Shown here: positions 8,927 through 19,610 of the stretch, piece after piece | How positions within the stretch are numbered: the first letter of the stretch is position 1 | How the letters are laid out: each line of letters begins with the position of its first letter | Source: Waddliaceae bacterium | Lineage (GTDB): Bacteria > Chlamydiota > Chlamydiia > Chlamydiales > SLFE01 | Direction of reading: 5' to 3' | DNA: 64,000 nucleotides | NCBI GenBank assembly: GCA_963783885.1 | Contig: CAWAPJ010000006.1 | Location: 1 to 64,000 of the forward strand | Notes under the pieces: generated by a model | The model's input: only the letters and a program-made list of their open reading frames with translations | Told to the model about the DNA's origin: nothing | The model's database searches: none | Made by a program: the position numbers and the translations under genes

Positions 8927-10450
8927 TCAGCTGTCTTTGGCGGTCAAGAGCCTCAGCCGTTTCAAGAACAATCCCATAAGACCTGCAGCAAATAAGGATA
9001 TGATTGAGAGCAAGAGAAAAAACTCCCATATCTGCCACCTTTGATAAAGAATGCCGATAGCCCCGGCAAGATAGCTTCCAACCGCCGAGGCCACGAACCA
9101 GAATCCATACATAAGCCCTTTATATCGAGCCGGAGACACTTTAGAGATGAATGAGAGCCCCATGGGGCTTAAGAACAGTTCGGCGACAGTGATCACAAAG
9201 TAGGCAGAGATCAACCAATAGGGTGTGACACGTTCCGAATTTGTATAGCCGCCGGTGTTTATCTTGGCCATGCCATATGAACCGATAATTAAAATGACGC
9301 AGGCGGCGGCCATGAATAACATGGCAATTGTTATTTTTCCCGGGGTCGAAGGCTCCAGGCCTTTTTCATTTAGCCATCCAAACCCTCCCACGATAAGAGG
9401 AGTTAAAAAAATGATGAACAGGGGGTTGAAAACTTGAAATAATTCCGGGGCAATCAGATTTATATTTGGCAAAGTCAAAACTTTGTATGCGATTAAGGCA
9501 CTGGCAATGACAGCTGCTCCCAAACTTAAAGCTTTAATTTTTTTTCCTGTATTTTTTCTAAGAAGCCCAATAAGGCCCAAAGTGAGTGCGAGCAGCGAAC
9601 ATAAAGAAACCGGGTCGAAAAGCAAAAAGGTTCCTTTGCCAACTTCTTGATAGGTGTAATTTTTGGCAAATAATGTTAGTGTAAAACCATTTTGGTAATA
9701 AACCATCCAAAAGATGCTGACAATTGTCAATATGATGACAAGGGCAATCATCCGTTTTTCTATTTGCTTTCGGGTAAGCATTTCACCTTCATGTTTAGGG
9801 CCTGTTTCCTTGGATCTGTAATCGGTGTTCAAGTAATGTTTTCTAAAGGTTATAAAAATAATCATTGAGATAATCATCCCAGCTGAAGCGAGTCCGAATC
9901 CCGCATTGTATCCTTCCGCTAGTGTTGCATTAAAATAAGTCATCACAAATCTTTTGATCCCGTTTGCTGCATAAGGGGCGAAGAAGGCTCCTATGTTGAT
10001 GCCCATGTAGAATATGTTGAAACCGGCATCTTTAAGCGAACCCTCTTTTTGTGAATAGAGGTTTCCCACCAAAACGGAGATATTGGCCTTGAAAAGACCG
10101 TTGCCGAGAATGACAACGGCCAGCGCCAGATAGAGAAACCAAGGGAGCGTATTGGGGATTGCCATGAGTCCATAACCGAAGGAAAGAATCATGGCTCCCA
10201 TAACAATGGTTTTGCTGTAGCCAAAAATATTGTCGGCTATCCATCCCCCTAAAAGGGGAGTGAAATAGACCCCTGCTAAGAAAATGCCGTAAACGTTGCC
10301 GATCACAGCGTTGCTCCAATGAAAATTTTCACTCAGGTAGAGGACAAAAATGGCCATGACCGTATAGAAGCCGAATCTCTCCCACATTTCGGTAAAAAAC
10401 AGAACATATAAGCCTTTAGGGTGCTGTTTCATCATAGATTTCCTGCCCAA
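8927..10450 (-). CDS. POT/PTR family proton-dependent oligopeptide transporter
   Basis: FFTEMWERFGFY (ExxERF), GNGLFKANIS, FYMGINIG, ELFLSPMGLS. Confidence 0.93.
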   Translation of the reverse strand: MGRKSMMKQHPKGLYVLFFTEMWERFGFYTVMAIFVLYLSENFHWSNAVIGNVYGIFLAGVYFTPLLGGWIADNIFGYSKTIVMGAMILSFGYGLMAIPNTLPWFLYLALAVVILGNGLFKANISVLVGNLYSQKEGSLKDAGFNIFYMGINIGAFFAPYAANGIKRFVMTYFNATLAEGYNAGFGLASAGMIISMIIFITFRKHYLNTDYRSKETGPKHEGEMLTRKQIEKRMIALVIILTIVSIFWMVYYQNGFTLTLFAKNYTYQEVGKGTFLLFDPVSLCSLLALTLGLIGLLRKNTGKKIKALSLGAAVIASALIAYKVLTLPNINLIAPELFQVFNPLFIIFLTPLIVGGFGWLNEKGLEPSTPGKITIAMLFMAAACVILIIGSYGMAKINTGGYTNSERVTPYWLISAYFVITVAELFLSPMGLSFISKVSPARYKGLMYGFWFVASAVGSYLAGAIGILYQRWQIWEFFLLLSIISLFAAGLMGLFLKRLRLLTAKDS

Positions 10451-10472
10451 GTTGTATAAAATGGGTCTACAG

Positions 10473-11927
10473 TCAATATAGCCACCCTGAAAATTTTGAG
10501 TATTGACTTCCGACGGTGGTCAAAGAGTTTTTACAAACGCTTTTCATGCGATAAAATTCCAATAGGTTTTTAAAGTTGTTTGCAAATTGATCGACATCGG
10601 GTTCGCACTCCACGGCCACCCAGGGAATGATTCCTGTTTTCCAGGCAGGAGGCTCAATTTCGTGAAAACGGTAGATACTTTTAATCAGCAATTCTGCTAT
10701 GGAGGGGTCGCCCCGATTCCATGGCTTTGCTTTACAGATCCACCAGAAGATTTCCCCTAGTTTACAATGAAGCTTTTCTGTATTGTTAATTTGCAGAGAT
10801 TCTTCATATAAAGTTTCAACATGATCCATGATAAGTGATGTGAATTTGTAGTGAGTGTGAATGAGAAAATTCAATTTCTTATAATCCTGAAAATCCACTT
10901 CGCCAAAAAACTTTTGTGAAAGAGGAATGATTTTATTACTAATTTTTCCAAAGGTCGAAATCGGGCGCACCTCATTATCAGATTTTTTTGGAAAACTTAG
11001 ATAAGCAGTTATTCCTTTTTCTGCCAGTTGCTCTAACATTGAATTCACTCTATCATAGGGTTTCTCTAATTTGGTAATGAGAACTTTATTTCTAATTTGT
11101 CCATAACACCAAGCATAAGAATGGCCTAATTTTTGGGCGATATGCTTTCTTATTTCTGCGAGTACTGTGAGATTTTGAATAAACGACCACTTTTTTTTTA
11201 TCCCGTCCGCTCCAATCAAAGTGGCTCTATACATAAAGGAACCATATTTTTTTTGACTGCAGCGGTACTCCTTCTCCCATTCGAAGCCTCTAACAACATA
11301 ATTTTCCCATTGACTGACCTCATGGTAGGAAAATTGGCTGTAGAGATTTTTTAAATTGAGCTTTTCGTGAAAAAATAAGAAATGATAAATGTTATCCCGA
11401 ATATCATTTTGACTGGCAGACCTAAGAGATTCAAGATTGAAAGTACACAAGCGAAAAATCTTGTGAGATAGGACATAACCGGCTAAATTGTTTTGAAGTA
11501 ACTCGAAAATTTGATTTTGTGAATATCCCCAATAAACAAACTTCTTAATATTGAATGGCATTGAAAATCCGGAAACAACGCCCTTTTTTTTCAAATTCTT
11601 AGAAATAAGAATGGATTCAAGCATTTCAAAGGAATCAATCGCTTCATTGTTAAGATATCCGGCAATGTCATCATGACAACGTTTCAAATGCTGAAATTTT
11701 TCAAGAGCTGCTTCTGAATTCATATGAATAAATTCCCATTCTTCAACGGAGAATTTTCTTTGCATTATCAGATAAATCTTTTCTATCTTTTCCGGATCTA
11801 TGGGACCTTGTACCCTTTCTGCGAAATCATTGAGTGGACGATTCAAGGAAAGGAACTTCGTGCATAGAGAAAATTTTGAGTGTTGGTTTCCGACCGTGGT
11901 CAAAATATTTTCATTGATGCTGTTCAT
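10473..11927 (-). CDS. AT-rich orphan with AvrB/AvrC-like (Fido-related) C-terminal domain; candidate effector
   Basis: LGEIFWW..KAKPWNRGDPSIAELLIKSI..PPAWKTGIIPW pattern. Confidence 0.55.
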   Translation of the reverse strand: MNSINENILTTVGNQHSKFSLCTKFLSLNRPLNDFAERVQGPIDPEKIEKIYLIMQRKFSVEEWEFIHMNSEAALEKFQHLKRCHDDIAGYLNNEAIDSFEMLESILISKNLKKKGVVSGFSMPFNIKKFVYWGYSQNQIFELLQNNLAGYVLSHKIFRLCTFNLESLRSASQNDIRDNIYHFLFFHEKLNLKNLYSQFSYHEVSQWENYVVRGFEWEKEYRCSQKKYGSFMYRATLIGADGIKKKWSFIQNLTVLAEIRKHIAQKLGHSYAWCYGQIRNKVLITKLEKPYDRVNSMLEQLAEKGITAYLSFPKKSDNEVRPISTFGKISNKIIPLSQKFFGEVDFQDYKKLNFLIHTHYKFTSLIMDHVETLYEESLQINNTEKLHCKLGEIFWWICKAKPWNRGDPSIAELLIKSIYRFHEIEPPAWKTGIIPWVAVECEPDVDQFANNFKNLLEFYRMKSVCKNSLTTVGSQYSKFSGWLY

Positions 11928-11981
11928 GTGATTGAAGTTTTAGCAGGTTATGAAGTTGTTTTCAATTTGATTGACATCGGG
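10489..11981 (+). repeat. 113-bp diverged direct repeat pair (10489-10601 and 11869-11981)
   Basis: GAAAATTTTGAGT..CCGAC.GTGGTCAAA ... TTGAT.GACATCGGG at both sites, offset exactly 1380 bp. Confidence 0.75.
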
Positions 11982-12023
11982 CAATATCTTTGATTTCGTT
12001 GGTAAAAATCAAAGCGGGATCTG

Positions 12024-12833
12024 CTAAATTCCAATAGGATATTCGTAGCGAAGTGTGACTAGATGAGCTTCAGCCGGAAAGTTATAGGCCCAGACCCGAT
12101 AGGAGTACCTTGCGCAAACAGAGCCATATTCCCAAAGGGAGAGATTGATGTGAGCGCCAATGTCGATCGAACGGTGCTGCACAGGTCCGTAGCCGTTAAA
12201 ATTGAGTAAGGTTAAAGGTTGGCCGCCAAGACCGAAAAGACCATCGAGAAAAATCCCTCCCCAATACCGGTCGCAGCAGTTTTTCTCTATTTCGAGATGG
12301 GCAAAGAACCACGCAGAACCTTCATCTGCTGTCCCCAAGCCTCCGAAAGCCCAGGTTCTTGAGCCCCAAGTTAAGCCTGAGGGAAATTCTTTGCCGATAG
12401 AGCCGTGGAAAAGATATTCCCAGCGGGCGTGGTGGAAAGTGCTGATGTCGTTGACATAACGGCGGTTTGTTCTGGAAACGGTAAATCCGGCAACGGCGCT
12501 TATGGGATCAGCTCCCGAAATATCGTCCATGAGTTGGTAGCGGCCCGTCAGGCGGAAATCTTCCCAGTTAAAATGATTGCAGGGTGTGCCGGCAAAGCCT
12601 GTCTCGAGTTCAAGGCTGTAGGGGGCGTAAGCGATGTAGCCGCCTACGTCGAAAAAATATGACAGCGAACAAAAAGGGGTGGAATTGTTTTTTATGCGGA
12701 CTTTGTCGAATTCCTGAACGGAAAAACGGGTTTCCAGAAGAGGCTGAAGATCGTCTCCCAGCCAGGGCCTGATATGAGTCGCTGCCGCCGAAGCAAAAAA
12801 TAGCAGAGAAAATGTAATGATTCGAAAAATCAT
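12024..12833 (-). CDS. Hypothetical exported protein, probable outer-membrane beta-barrel
   Basis: Signal peptide, aromatic-rich strands, ends LRYEYPIGI; translationally coupled to trxB. Confidence 0.6.
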   Translation of the reverse strand: MIFRIITFSLLFFASAAATHIRPWLGDDLQPLLETRFSVQEFDKVRIKNNSTPFCSLSYFFDVGGYIAYAPYSLELETGFAGTPCNHFNWEDFRLTGRYQLMDDISGADPISAVAGFTVSRTNRRYVNDISTFHHARWEYLFHGSIGKEFPSGLTWGSRTWAFGGLGTADEGSAWFFAHLEIEKNCCDRYWGGIFLDGLFGLGGQPLTLLNFNGYGPVQHRSIDIGAHINLSLWEYGSVCARYSYRVWAYNFPAEAHLVTLRYEYPIGI

Positions 12834-13810
12834 GAAATGGCTGCTTTCTTTGGCTCGTCGTCATGGGATTCCTGAGCGGAAAGCCACCTTTCGGCTTCGA
12901 GGGCCGCCATGCACCCTGTTCCCGCGGCAGTTACCGCCTGGCGATAGGTAAAATCCTGGCAGTCGCCCGCGGCAAAAACACCCTCGACATTGGTTCGGGT
13001 TGTTCCGGGAATGACTTTGATGTATCCGTTGTCATGCAGGTCGATCTGACTATCTAAAAAATCTGTATTGGGAAGATGGCCGATGGCGAAAAAGACGCCG
13101 CCGGCGTCGCGCTCTTCCTCATTGCCGGTTTTGACATTTTTTATAGTCACCTTGCGCACCACATTGTCGCCGTCGATTTTTGTGATGACATGATCCCAAA
13201 TAATTGTGACGGCGGGATGGTTCATTGCCCGGCGCCCCATGATTTTCGAGGCTCTGAGTTCATCGCGGCGATGGACGATATACACATGGCTTCCATACTT
13301 GGTTAAAAAAAGCGCTTCTTCGCATGCGGAATCTCCTCCGCCGATCACAAAAAGGGGCTTGTTGCGGAAGATGGGCATCGCGCCGTCGCAAACAGCGCAC
13401 GCAGTCACTCCCTTCTGCCAAAACTCCCCTTCTCCAGCACCCTGAATATCGAGTTTTTTGGCGGTCGCTCCCGTCGCTATGATCAAAGAGTCTGTTTCAA
13501 AACTGGTGTTCTTTCCTTTGACGATAAAGGGGCGTTTCGACAAATCGACAGATTCGACATCTTCGCGGAGCAACTTAGTTCCGAACCGCTCTGCCTGTTT
13601 GGAAAAATGCTCCATTAATTCCGGACCTATGATTCCCTCGGGAAAGCCGGGATAGTTTTCTACATCGGTTGTCGTCATGAGCTGTCCGCCGGCGGGTCCC
13701 GAGAAGAACCCTTCAAAAAGGATCGGATTCAAATTCGCGCGGGCAGCATAAAGGGCGGCGGTATAGCCTGCCGGACCCGAGCCTACAATGACAAGTTTTA
13801 CTTTTTCCAT
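12830..13810 (-). CDS. trxB: Thioredoxin reductase
   Basis: [14 protein letters not shown] redox motif, GGGDSA, VFAAGD. Confidence 0.97.
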   Translation of the reverse strand: MEKVKLVIVGSGPAGYTAALYAARANLNPILFEGFFSGPAGGQLMTTTDVENYPGFPEGIIGPELMEHFSKQAERFGTKLLREDVESVDLSKRPFIVKGKNTSFETDSLIIATGATAKKLDIQGAGEGEFWQKGVTACAVCDGAMPIFRNKPLFVIGGGDSACEEALFLTKYGSHVYIVHRRDELRASKIMGRRAMNHPAVTIIWDHVITKIDGDNVVRKVTIKNVKTGNEEERDAGGVFFAIGHLPNTDFLDSQIDLHDNGYIKVIPGTTRTNVEGVFAAGDCQDFTYRQAVTAAGTGCMAALEAERWLSAQESHDDEPKKAAIS

Positions 13811-13962
13811 GAATGATTTACTCCTTGTAGAGCCCCATTCTATCCTACTTTAGAGAAAAATCTCAACTTTTCCTTCTGAAAAAAAAACTGTATAAAAAAG
13901 AGAATAATCTGTATGTTTTAATCTTTGTATATATACATTATATCAATGGAGTTGAGTAACTT

Positions 13963-15423
13963 ATGAACTTTCAAATTATTTTTGCCTTCGCCGGATATTT
14001 TAGCATTCTTCTTGCAATAGGCTTGATTTCTCATAGGCGAACCCAGTCCGAAACCGATTTTATTCTGGGAAACAGATCGCTGAATTTTTGGCTGACGGCT
14101 CTTTCCGCGCATGCGGCGGATATGAGCGCCTGGCTTTTTATGGCAATGCCGGCGGCGATATTCCTCGGAGGAGTATCAGGAAGCTGGATGGCTCTTGGGC
14201 TTTTGACGGGAATGCTGCTTTGCTGGCAGTTTGTGGCGCCGAAATTGCGAGCCGAGACGGAAAAACACGACAGCTACACTCTTTCAACGTTTTTCGAAAA
14301 AAGATTTCACGACAATACAGGAATCATACGGTTGATAACGGCCCTTATGTCGGTTATTTTCCTGTCGTGTTATCTATCCGCCGGATTGATAGCCATGGGG
14401 TATCTTTTCGAGTCGCTTTTCTCCATCAATTATTTTATCGGCATCAGTATTGCTATGGCCGTTGTGGTTGCCTATACGTTTGTCGGAGGATTCGTCGCGG
14501 TTGCCTGGACAGATCTTTTTCAGGGGATTTTTCTTCTGGCTATGGTTCTTATGGTGCCGCTTGTCGCTCTTCTTAGCATTGGCGGTTTTGCGGCAGTTGC
14601 TAAAAATGCCGAAGCCACTCATATTTCGCTGAGTATACTCGATGATTGGTCGCTAGCTTCAATTGCAGGGATTCTTATGGTTGCCCTAGGATGGGGTCTG
14701 GGGTATTTTGGCCAGCCTCATATTATCACGAAATTTATGGGAATCCGCAATGTAGAAGACATTAAAAAAGCCAAATATGTCGGGATGTCCTGGCAGGTTT
14801 TAGCCTTGGGCGGTGCCATTTTTGTCGGACTTGTGGGGATCGGTTATTTTCCCGAAGGATTGAGCAATGGAGAGTTGGTTTTTGTCGATATGGTTAAATC
14901 CCTTTTTCATCCTTTAGTCGGCGGCTTTATTCTATGCGCTGTATTAGCCGCCAATATATCGACTATGGATTCGCAAATTCTTGTCTCGGCATCAGTAATT
15001 ACCGAAGATTTATATAAACGTTTTTATCGCAGAAACGCCTCTTCTTCTGAACTTCTCAAAGTGACAAGGCTCAGTGTTGTGATCGTCGGTGTGGCGTCAT
15101 ATTTTTTAGCCATCAGCAAAAGCGCGACTGTTACAAGTGCGGTGTTCTACGCATGGGGTGGATTGGGGAGTTCTTTCGGTCCGCTTGTGATTACCTCTTT
15201 ATATGCAAAATCGGTTAATCGCTTCGGAGCCATTGCGGGCATTTTGGTGGGGGGAGTTTTGGCGGGAACATGGGACATGATCAACCCTTATGTGACTGAG
15301 TTTTCCATTCCTCCTATGGTGCCGGCATTTTCTCTCAGCATGCTCTCGATCTTTGCCGTTTCAAAAGCGACGCAAAGCAAATTTGAAAGTGTTGATTTTG
15401 AAAAAAGTTCGTCGTCAATTTAA
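13963..15423 (+). CDS. putP: Sodium/proline symporter
   Basis: ALSAHAADMSAWL, WGLGYFGQPHI, STMDSQILV. Confidence 0.9.
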   Translation: MNFQIIFAFAGYFSILLAIGLISHRRTQSETDFILGNRSLNFWLTALSAHAADMSAWLFMAMPAAIFLGGVSGSWMALGLLTGMLLCWQFVAPKLRAETEKHDSYTLSTFFEKRFHDNTGIIRLITALMSVIFLSCYLSAGLIAMGYLFESLFSINYFIGISIAMAVVVAYTFVGGFVAVAWTDLFQGIFLLAMVLMVPLVALLSIGGFAAVAKNAEATHISLSILDDWSLASIAGILMVALGWGLGYFGQPHIITKFMGIRNVEDIKKAKYVGMSWQVLALGGAIFVGLVGIGYFPEGLSNGELVFVDMVKSLFHPLVGGFILCAVLAANISTMDSQILVSASVITEDLYKRFYRRNASSSELLKVTRLSVVIVGVASYFLAISKSATVTSAVFYAWGGLGSSFGPLVITSLYAKSVNRFGAIAGILVGGVLAGTWDMINPYVTEFSIPPMVPAFSLSMLSIFAVSKATQSKFESVDFEKSSSSI

Positions 15424-15517
15424 AATTTAGAATTTATGGTTAAGGGACTCTTAATATAATCTTAACTCATTAAAGTTATCGTTAAGAATTTGTTGTTGTT
15501 ATTAAAAGGAATAATAT

Positions 15518-18500
15518 ATGACTTGTGAAATTAACAATGAAACAAAGAGTTTTACGGACAACCCTATTCAAAGTGAACAAACGAGTTTTTTGGGGAGGGT
15601 AGCTTTGAGTCTATTCAATAATGAACGTGTTCGCAATACAGCAGCAGCATACTTATCGCCTAGTCAGAACAAAGTTGACCAGACTCTTAATAAACTGAAA
15701 TCCCTAGCCTCAAGCGACGACAAGCTGATCCCATTTATTGATGATCTGATCGATTTGATTTCGAAAAAAATTTTAGTGGATTCATCATACAAAGATTATC
15801 TGAAAAATTTTATTGGCAATCTCTTTTACATTCTGGGAAATGAAGCTCTTGAGGAAAGAGATGACGATGCGTTTCCCTGTGCTGAAGATCTGTTGAGTGC
15901 CGTCCTGAGAAAAATCTCTGATAAAATAACAGAAGACATCGATCAACTCAAAAATATGAACGATGAAGACATTGCCCGTCATGCGGATCATGTTGCTGAA
16001 TATTTCTTGAGCAAGGTAAATGAATCCGGCAATAGTGCCCTGATATCGCTGGTTCTTCGCTTCGCAAAGTCATTTCTCAACGAATCCTTTACCAAACCAC
16101 TTTTAGGGTATTATAGATATTATGCCGAGATAGCGAGTGCCGCTGATAATTTAAGGAACAAGACAAGGTTTCAAGAAATCCGGCCTTCCGTAGAAAAACT
16201 CAGCGATTTCTTCAGATTTCACATGGAAAAGCAGCTTGACCACTTACCGACACATTTAGGCATGTTCCTGAACCTGAAAAAAGGGGAAATCCAAAAGATT
16301 TTGCCTGATAAGTCTAGAAATCTACTTTTTAATATCCTGAAAAGGCATGCCTCGGAATTTTATGCCAAAAATCAGAATATTGTTGAGGATATTGAAATCT
16401 TTTTTATGTGTCCTCTGATTGATTTGGACGGCAACCAATCTGTTCAGCAGCAGTCTGCCGATTTTGTTAGACAGTACATACCTATTTTCAGGGATGAAAT
16501 CGGCAAAGCCCAAGTCTCTGTTCGGAAGCTGAGAGAAGCTAAAGCAGGAGGTCTTGACTTGTTAAAAAAGGAGCTTGTCGGTTTCATTCTGCAAGAGCGA
16601 ATTGAATTACTCGAGCAGCGAACCCCCGTGCAACTAGCAAGGCAGCAGTTGAAGCGTCTGAATGAAGAAAACGTTTCTGACCAAGATCTTGTGTTTATGC
16701 TGAAACCTGCTGCTGGCGATAGGGAGGTCGACTGGTCTTGCGACTTCGAGTTTCTTTGCAAAGAAGGGTTGCAAGAAGAAGATCTGTATCATCTTGGACT
16801 GGCCATGATTATGGGCCCCGGCGCCAAAAGAATATTGAATAAAATTGCTAAAGAGCGATTTGCTTCGAATCATATTATTTGCGATTTCATAAAAAAACTG
16901 GGACTCAAGCTTGGAGCTCGTCATTTGGGCAAGTTGGCCCATGATGTGCATTTTTATCAAGAGGATTTGGAGAAAGAGTTGGCTAAGTCGACTCGTTATT
17001 TGAATGAACTGCAGGAGGGAAAAGGGGAAAAACTCATCGAATTGCTGGGGCAGCTTGTACGCGCCGGGCTTCCCGATCCTAAAGAACAAAATCACGAAAA
17101 TCCCGTCTATTACGGCGGCATTGCCCCGATTATGGTTTTGCCCCATCAAGGTGATCATTTGGCCAATGCACTGCTTCGCAATGCTTTTATCATCATGATT
17201 GCAAGAGCGCTTAAATCCGACACAATTTCTGGATCCAATCTGGATGACAAAGTTCAATCCATATTCAATCATTTTTCGGATATTATTGATCACGTATTCG
17301 GTAATTATGAACAATTTCTTAATGCTTCGGAAGAAGATAAAATTTTAATGGTAGAAAAAGAAATTGCGCAATCGATAGTTGTTAACTATTACGCGCTTTT
17401 ATTGAGAGAAAAAGGGTGCTCGGGAAAAGAGTATTATCACAAGGTTTATCAATATTATTCCGAATTTGATATGAGCCGTCAGGCAATAGAATTGCTGACT
17501 ACAGAAGTTTCCTTCATTGAATTGCTTCCTGACTCTACTCGCGATTTTCCGATCTATGATGGAGTAGTTGCCTCTTTGCAGAATATCATCACTCCGTATT
17601 TTGAACCTCTTTACCGAACATATACGAAACTTAGAAGCGAAGCCAGAAAAGTTGTCAGTGATGACAATCAAAAGCAGCTGGAATCGATGGTTTATAATTT
17701 TTCTCTTCGCATTTTGAATGAATATGCCGAAACTCAGCCGGATAGTCTTGCCGGCGTGGGAGAGCTTTTTGGTTATATTTTGGCCAAGGGCGGAATTCGG
17801 GGCGCTGTTGGGAAAATTCAAACTTCAAATAATGTCTTGGGAGAGACGGCTTTTGGTGTAGTAAGAAAATTCGCTGAAAATTTATCCGGTTCAACCGAAT
17901 CGTTTTGGAGTGATCCCTCATTTTTCCCGTCGGTTTTAGCGGATACGTCTTATTTGACGGCCGATTATTTTGAAAATGGTCTCACCGAAGCCGACGACCG
18001 TTTTCGCAATCAAAATCGCTTTCTCGATGATTTGACAAGTCGGATTTTAGAACGCATTTGCCCCGATGGCGCTGCAGGGCTTCCCATAGAAAAAAGTCTT
18101 CAAGATGCTGGATGGCAGAATCTTTATACGGTGTTAAGATCTTTTATCAAGTCGCATCTCGATCAATTTGAAGATAGCAGGCAGAGAAAAATTCTCTTGC
18201 TTAAGCTGCTTAAGGTCGAGGGTGTTTCCCCTGATCTTTCCGATACCCAATTACAGGAGAAGATTGAGCAATATGTTAAGGAATTTATCTCAGGCAAGGT
18301 TTCAGATTATTTTAAAAATGAGATTATAAAACTGTTGCTTTTTCCCTTTATTTGGATATTAACCAAGATTTTAGTGAGCAGAGCGGTTCACGCAACTAGA
18401 AAACTTATCGTAAAAACAGATCAGCCGGAATTTGTTGTTTTCCTAAGAAAACTTTTCTGGGAATTATTTCCTGCAACTCTAGACAGCAAGGAAATTCCAG

Positions 18501-18655
18501 GCGAGGCTGAAGTGACAAAAATTTTTCAAAATAGCGTTTCTCGAATTGCCAAAAAATTGGATGTTCCATTTGCTAATTTCGCGGCCTCGCAAATAACTCT
18601 CGATCTGCTTATTGAGAAGGGTCTGACAATTCAGAAGATAATTCACGCGAGATAA
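15518..18655 (+). CDS. Large hypothetical helical protein (1045 aa); candidate effector
   Basis: Long AT-rich ORF with AAGGA RBS and one hydrophobic segment near the C-terminus; no recognised motif. Confidence 0.7.
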   Translation: MTCEINNETKSFTDNPIQSEQTSFLGRVALSLFNNERVRNTAAAYLSPSQNKVDQTLNKLKSLASSDDKLIPFIDDLIDLISKKILVDSSYKDYLKNFIGNLFYILGNEALEERDDDAFPCAEDLLSAVLRKISDKITEDIDQLKNMNDEDIARHADHVAEYFLSKVNESGNSALISLVLRFAKSFLNESFTKPLLGYYRYYAEIASAADNLRNKTRFQEIRPSVEKLSDFFRFHMEKQLDHLPTHLGMFLNLKKGEIQKILPDKSRNLLFNILKRHASEFYAKNQNIVEDIEIFFMCPLIDLDGNQSVQQQSADFVRQYIPIFRDEIGKAQVSVRKLREAKAGGLDLLKKELVGFILQERIELLEQRTPVQLARQQLKRLNEENVSDQDLVFMLKPAAGDREVDWSCDFEFLCKEGLQEEDLYHLGLAMIMGPGAKRILNKIAKERFASNHIICDFIKKLGLKLGARHLGKLAHDVHFYQEDLEKELAKSTRYLNELQEGKGEKLIELLGQLVRAGLPDPKEQNHENPVYYGGIAPIMVLPHQGDHLANALLRNAFIIMIARALKSDTISGSNLDDKVQSIFNHFSDIIDHVFGNYEQFLNASEEDKILMVEKEIAQSIVVNYYALLLREKGCSGKEYYHKVYQYYSEFDMSRQAIELLTTEVSFIELLPDSTRDFPIYDGVVASLQNIITPYFEPLYRTYTKLRSEARKVVSDDNQKQLESMVYNFSLRILNEYAETQPDSLAGVGELFGYILAKGGIRGAVGKIQTSNNVLGETAFGVVRKFAENLSGSTESFWSDPSFFPSVLADTSYLTADYFENGLTEADDRFRNQNRFLDDLTSRILERICPDGAAGLPIEKSLQDAGWQNLYTVLRSFIKSHLDQFEDSRQRKILLLKLLKVEGVSPDLSDTQLQEKIEQYVKEFISGKVSDYFKNEIIKLLLFPFIWILTKILVSRAVHATRKLIVKTDQPEFVVFLRKLFWELFPATLDSKEIPGEAEVTKIFQNSVSRIAKKLDVPFANFAASQITLDLLIEKGLTIQKIIHAR

Positions 18656-19610
18656 ACCAGAAGGCAAGTTCAGGTTTTTGTTGTCTGAGCTTTTCTGCCC
18701 AGGTTTTTGCCTCGAGGACAGAATCAAACACCATCGCCGCAGTTGCCAGAGCATCGGCCATCGCGCACGTAGGTGCTTTGACGGTAACGCTGGCAATGCT
18801 TCCGGGATGAGCTTTTAAGGGGCTCCGCGTTTCGGGATTGATGACATGGCAATAGGTTTCACCTTCAGCTTCCCAATACTGCAGATAATCGCCGCTGGTT
18901 GCAACCGCCTCATCGGACAAGGGTAGTATTTCAACGGCATTTTCAGGATTGATGTCATCCAGCCGGCTGATCATGATTGTCCAGGGCCGCTCTTCAGGGT
19001 GTTTTCCCGCAGCTCTGATTTCTCCTCCCCATTCAACAAAGAGGTCTTGAAAGCCAAGATTTTGCAGGTTGGCGACGATTAGGTCGATGCAATGACCTTT
19101 TGCGATGCCGCCAAGATCAAGTTTGAGCAAATCGCTGCCTTTTTTAAACTCTTTTCCCACGATTTGAATTTGTTTCCATCCAACGGCTTTTGATGCCTCT
19201 TCGATTTCATCCTTTGGGGGGATTTGTCCTGCCTCCAGATATTTTTTCCACACTAATTGAAGATTGTGGATTGTTGGGTCGAATTTACCCAGGGTCATGG
19301 AAACGGCCTCGTCTGTCATGATTAGAAGCTCTTTCAGCTCTTTAGAGAGGAGGGCGGTTTTATTTTTGGGCATTGTATTTAAATGAGACACTTCCGAATT
19401 CGGATTGAATCGATTAAAAATTTGATCCACTCGGGTGAACGTTTCATCCAGAGTTTGCTGCACCCGTTTTTTTTCTTTTTGACTTAGGTGAGAACCCACA
19501 ATGATATGATAATTCATTGTCATGGCTGTTCCATAAAAATGGGACGTTTTATCTGGGGGATCGGATTGGCAGCCGGTTAACAGGAGAAGGAATAGAAGTA
19601 ATTGTTTCAT
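18609..19610 (-). CDS. apbE: FAD:protein FMN transferase lipoprotein
   Basis: Lipobox LLLLTGC, DLGGIAKG, VATSGDY, HVINP, ADALATA; ATG overlaps the folD stop. Confidence 0.93.
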   Translation of the reverse strand: MKQLLLFLLLLTGCQSDPPDKTSHFYGTAMTMNYHIIVGSHLSQKEKKRVQQTLDETFTRVDQIFNRFNPNSEVSHLNTMPKNKTALLSKELKELLIMTDEAVSMTLGKFDPTIHNLQLVWKKYLEAGQIPPKDEIEEASKAVGWKQIQIVGKEFKKGSDLLKLDLGGIAKGHCIDLIVANLQNLGFQDLFVEWGGEIRAAGKHPEERPWTIMISRLDDINPENAVEILPLSDEAVATSGDYLQYWEAEGETYCHVINPETRSPLKAHPGSIASVTVKAPTCAMADALATAAMVFDSVLEAKTWAEKLRQQKPELAFWFISRELSSELSDPSQ

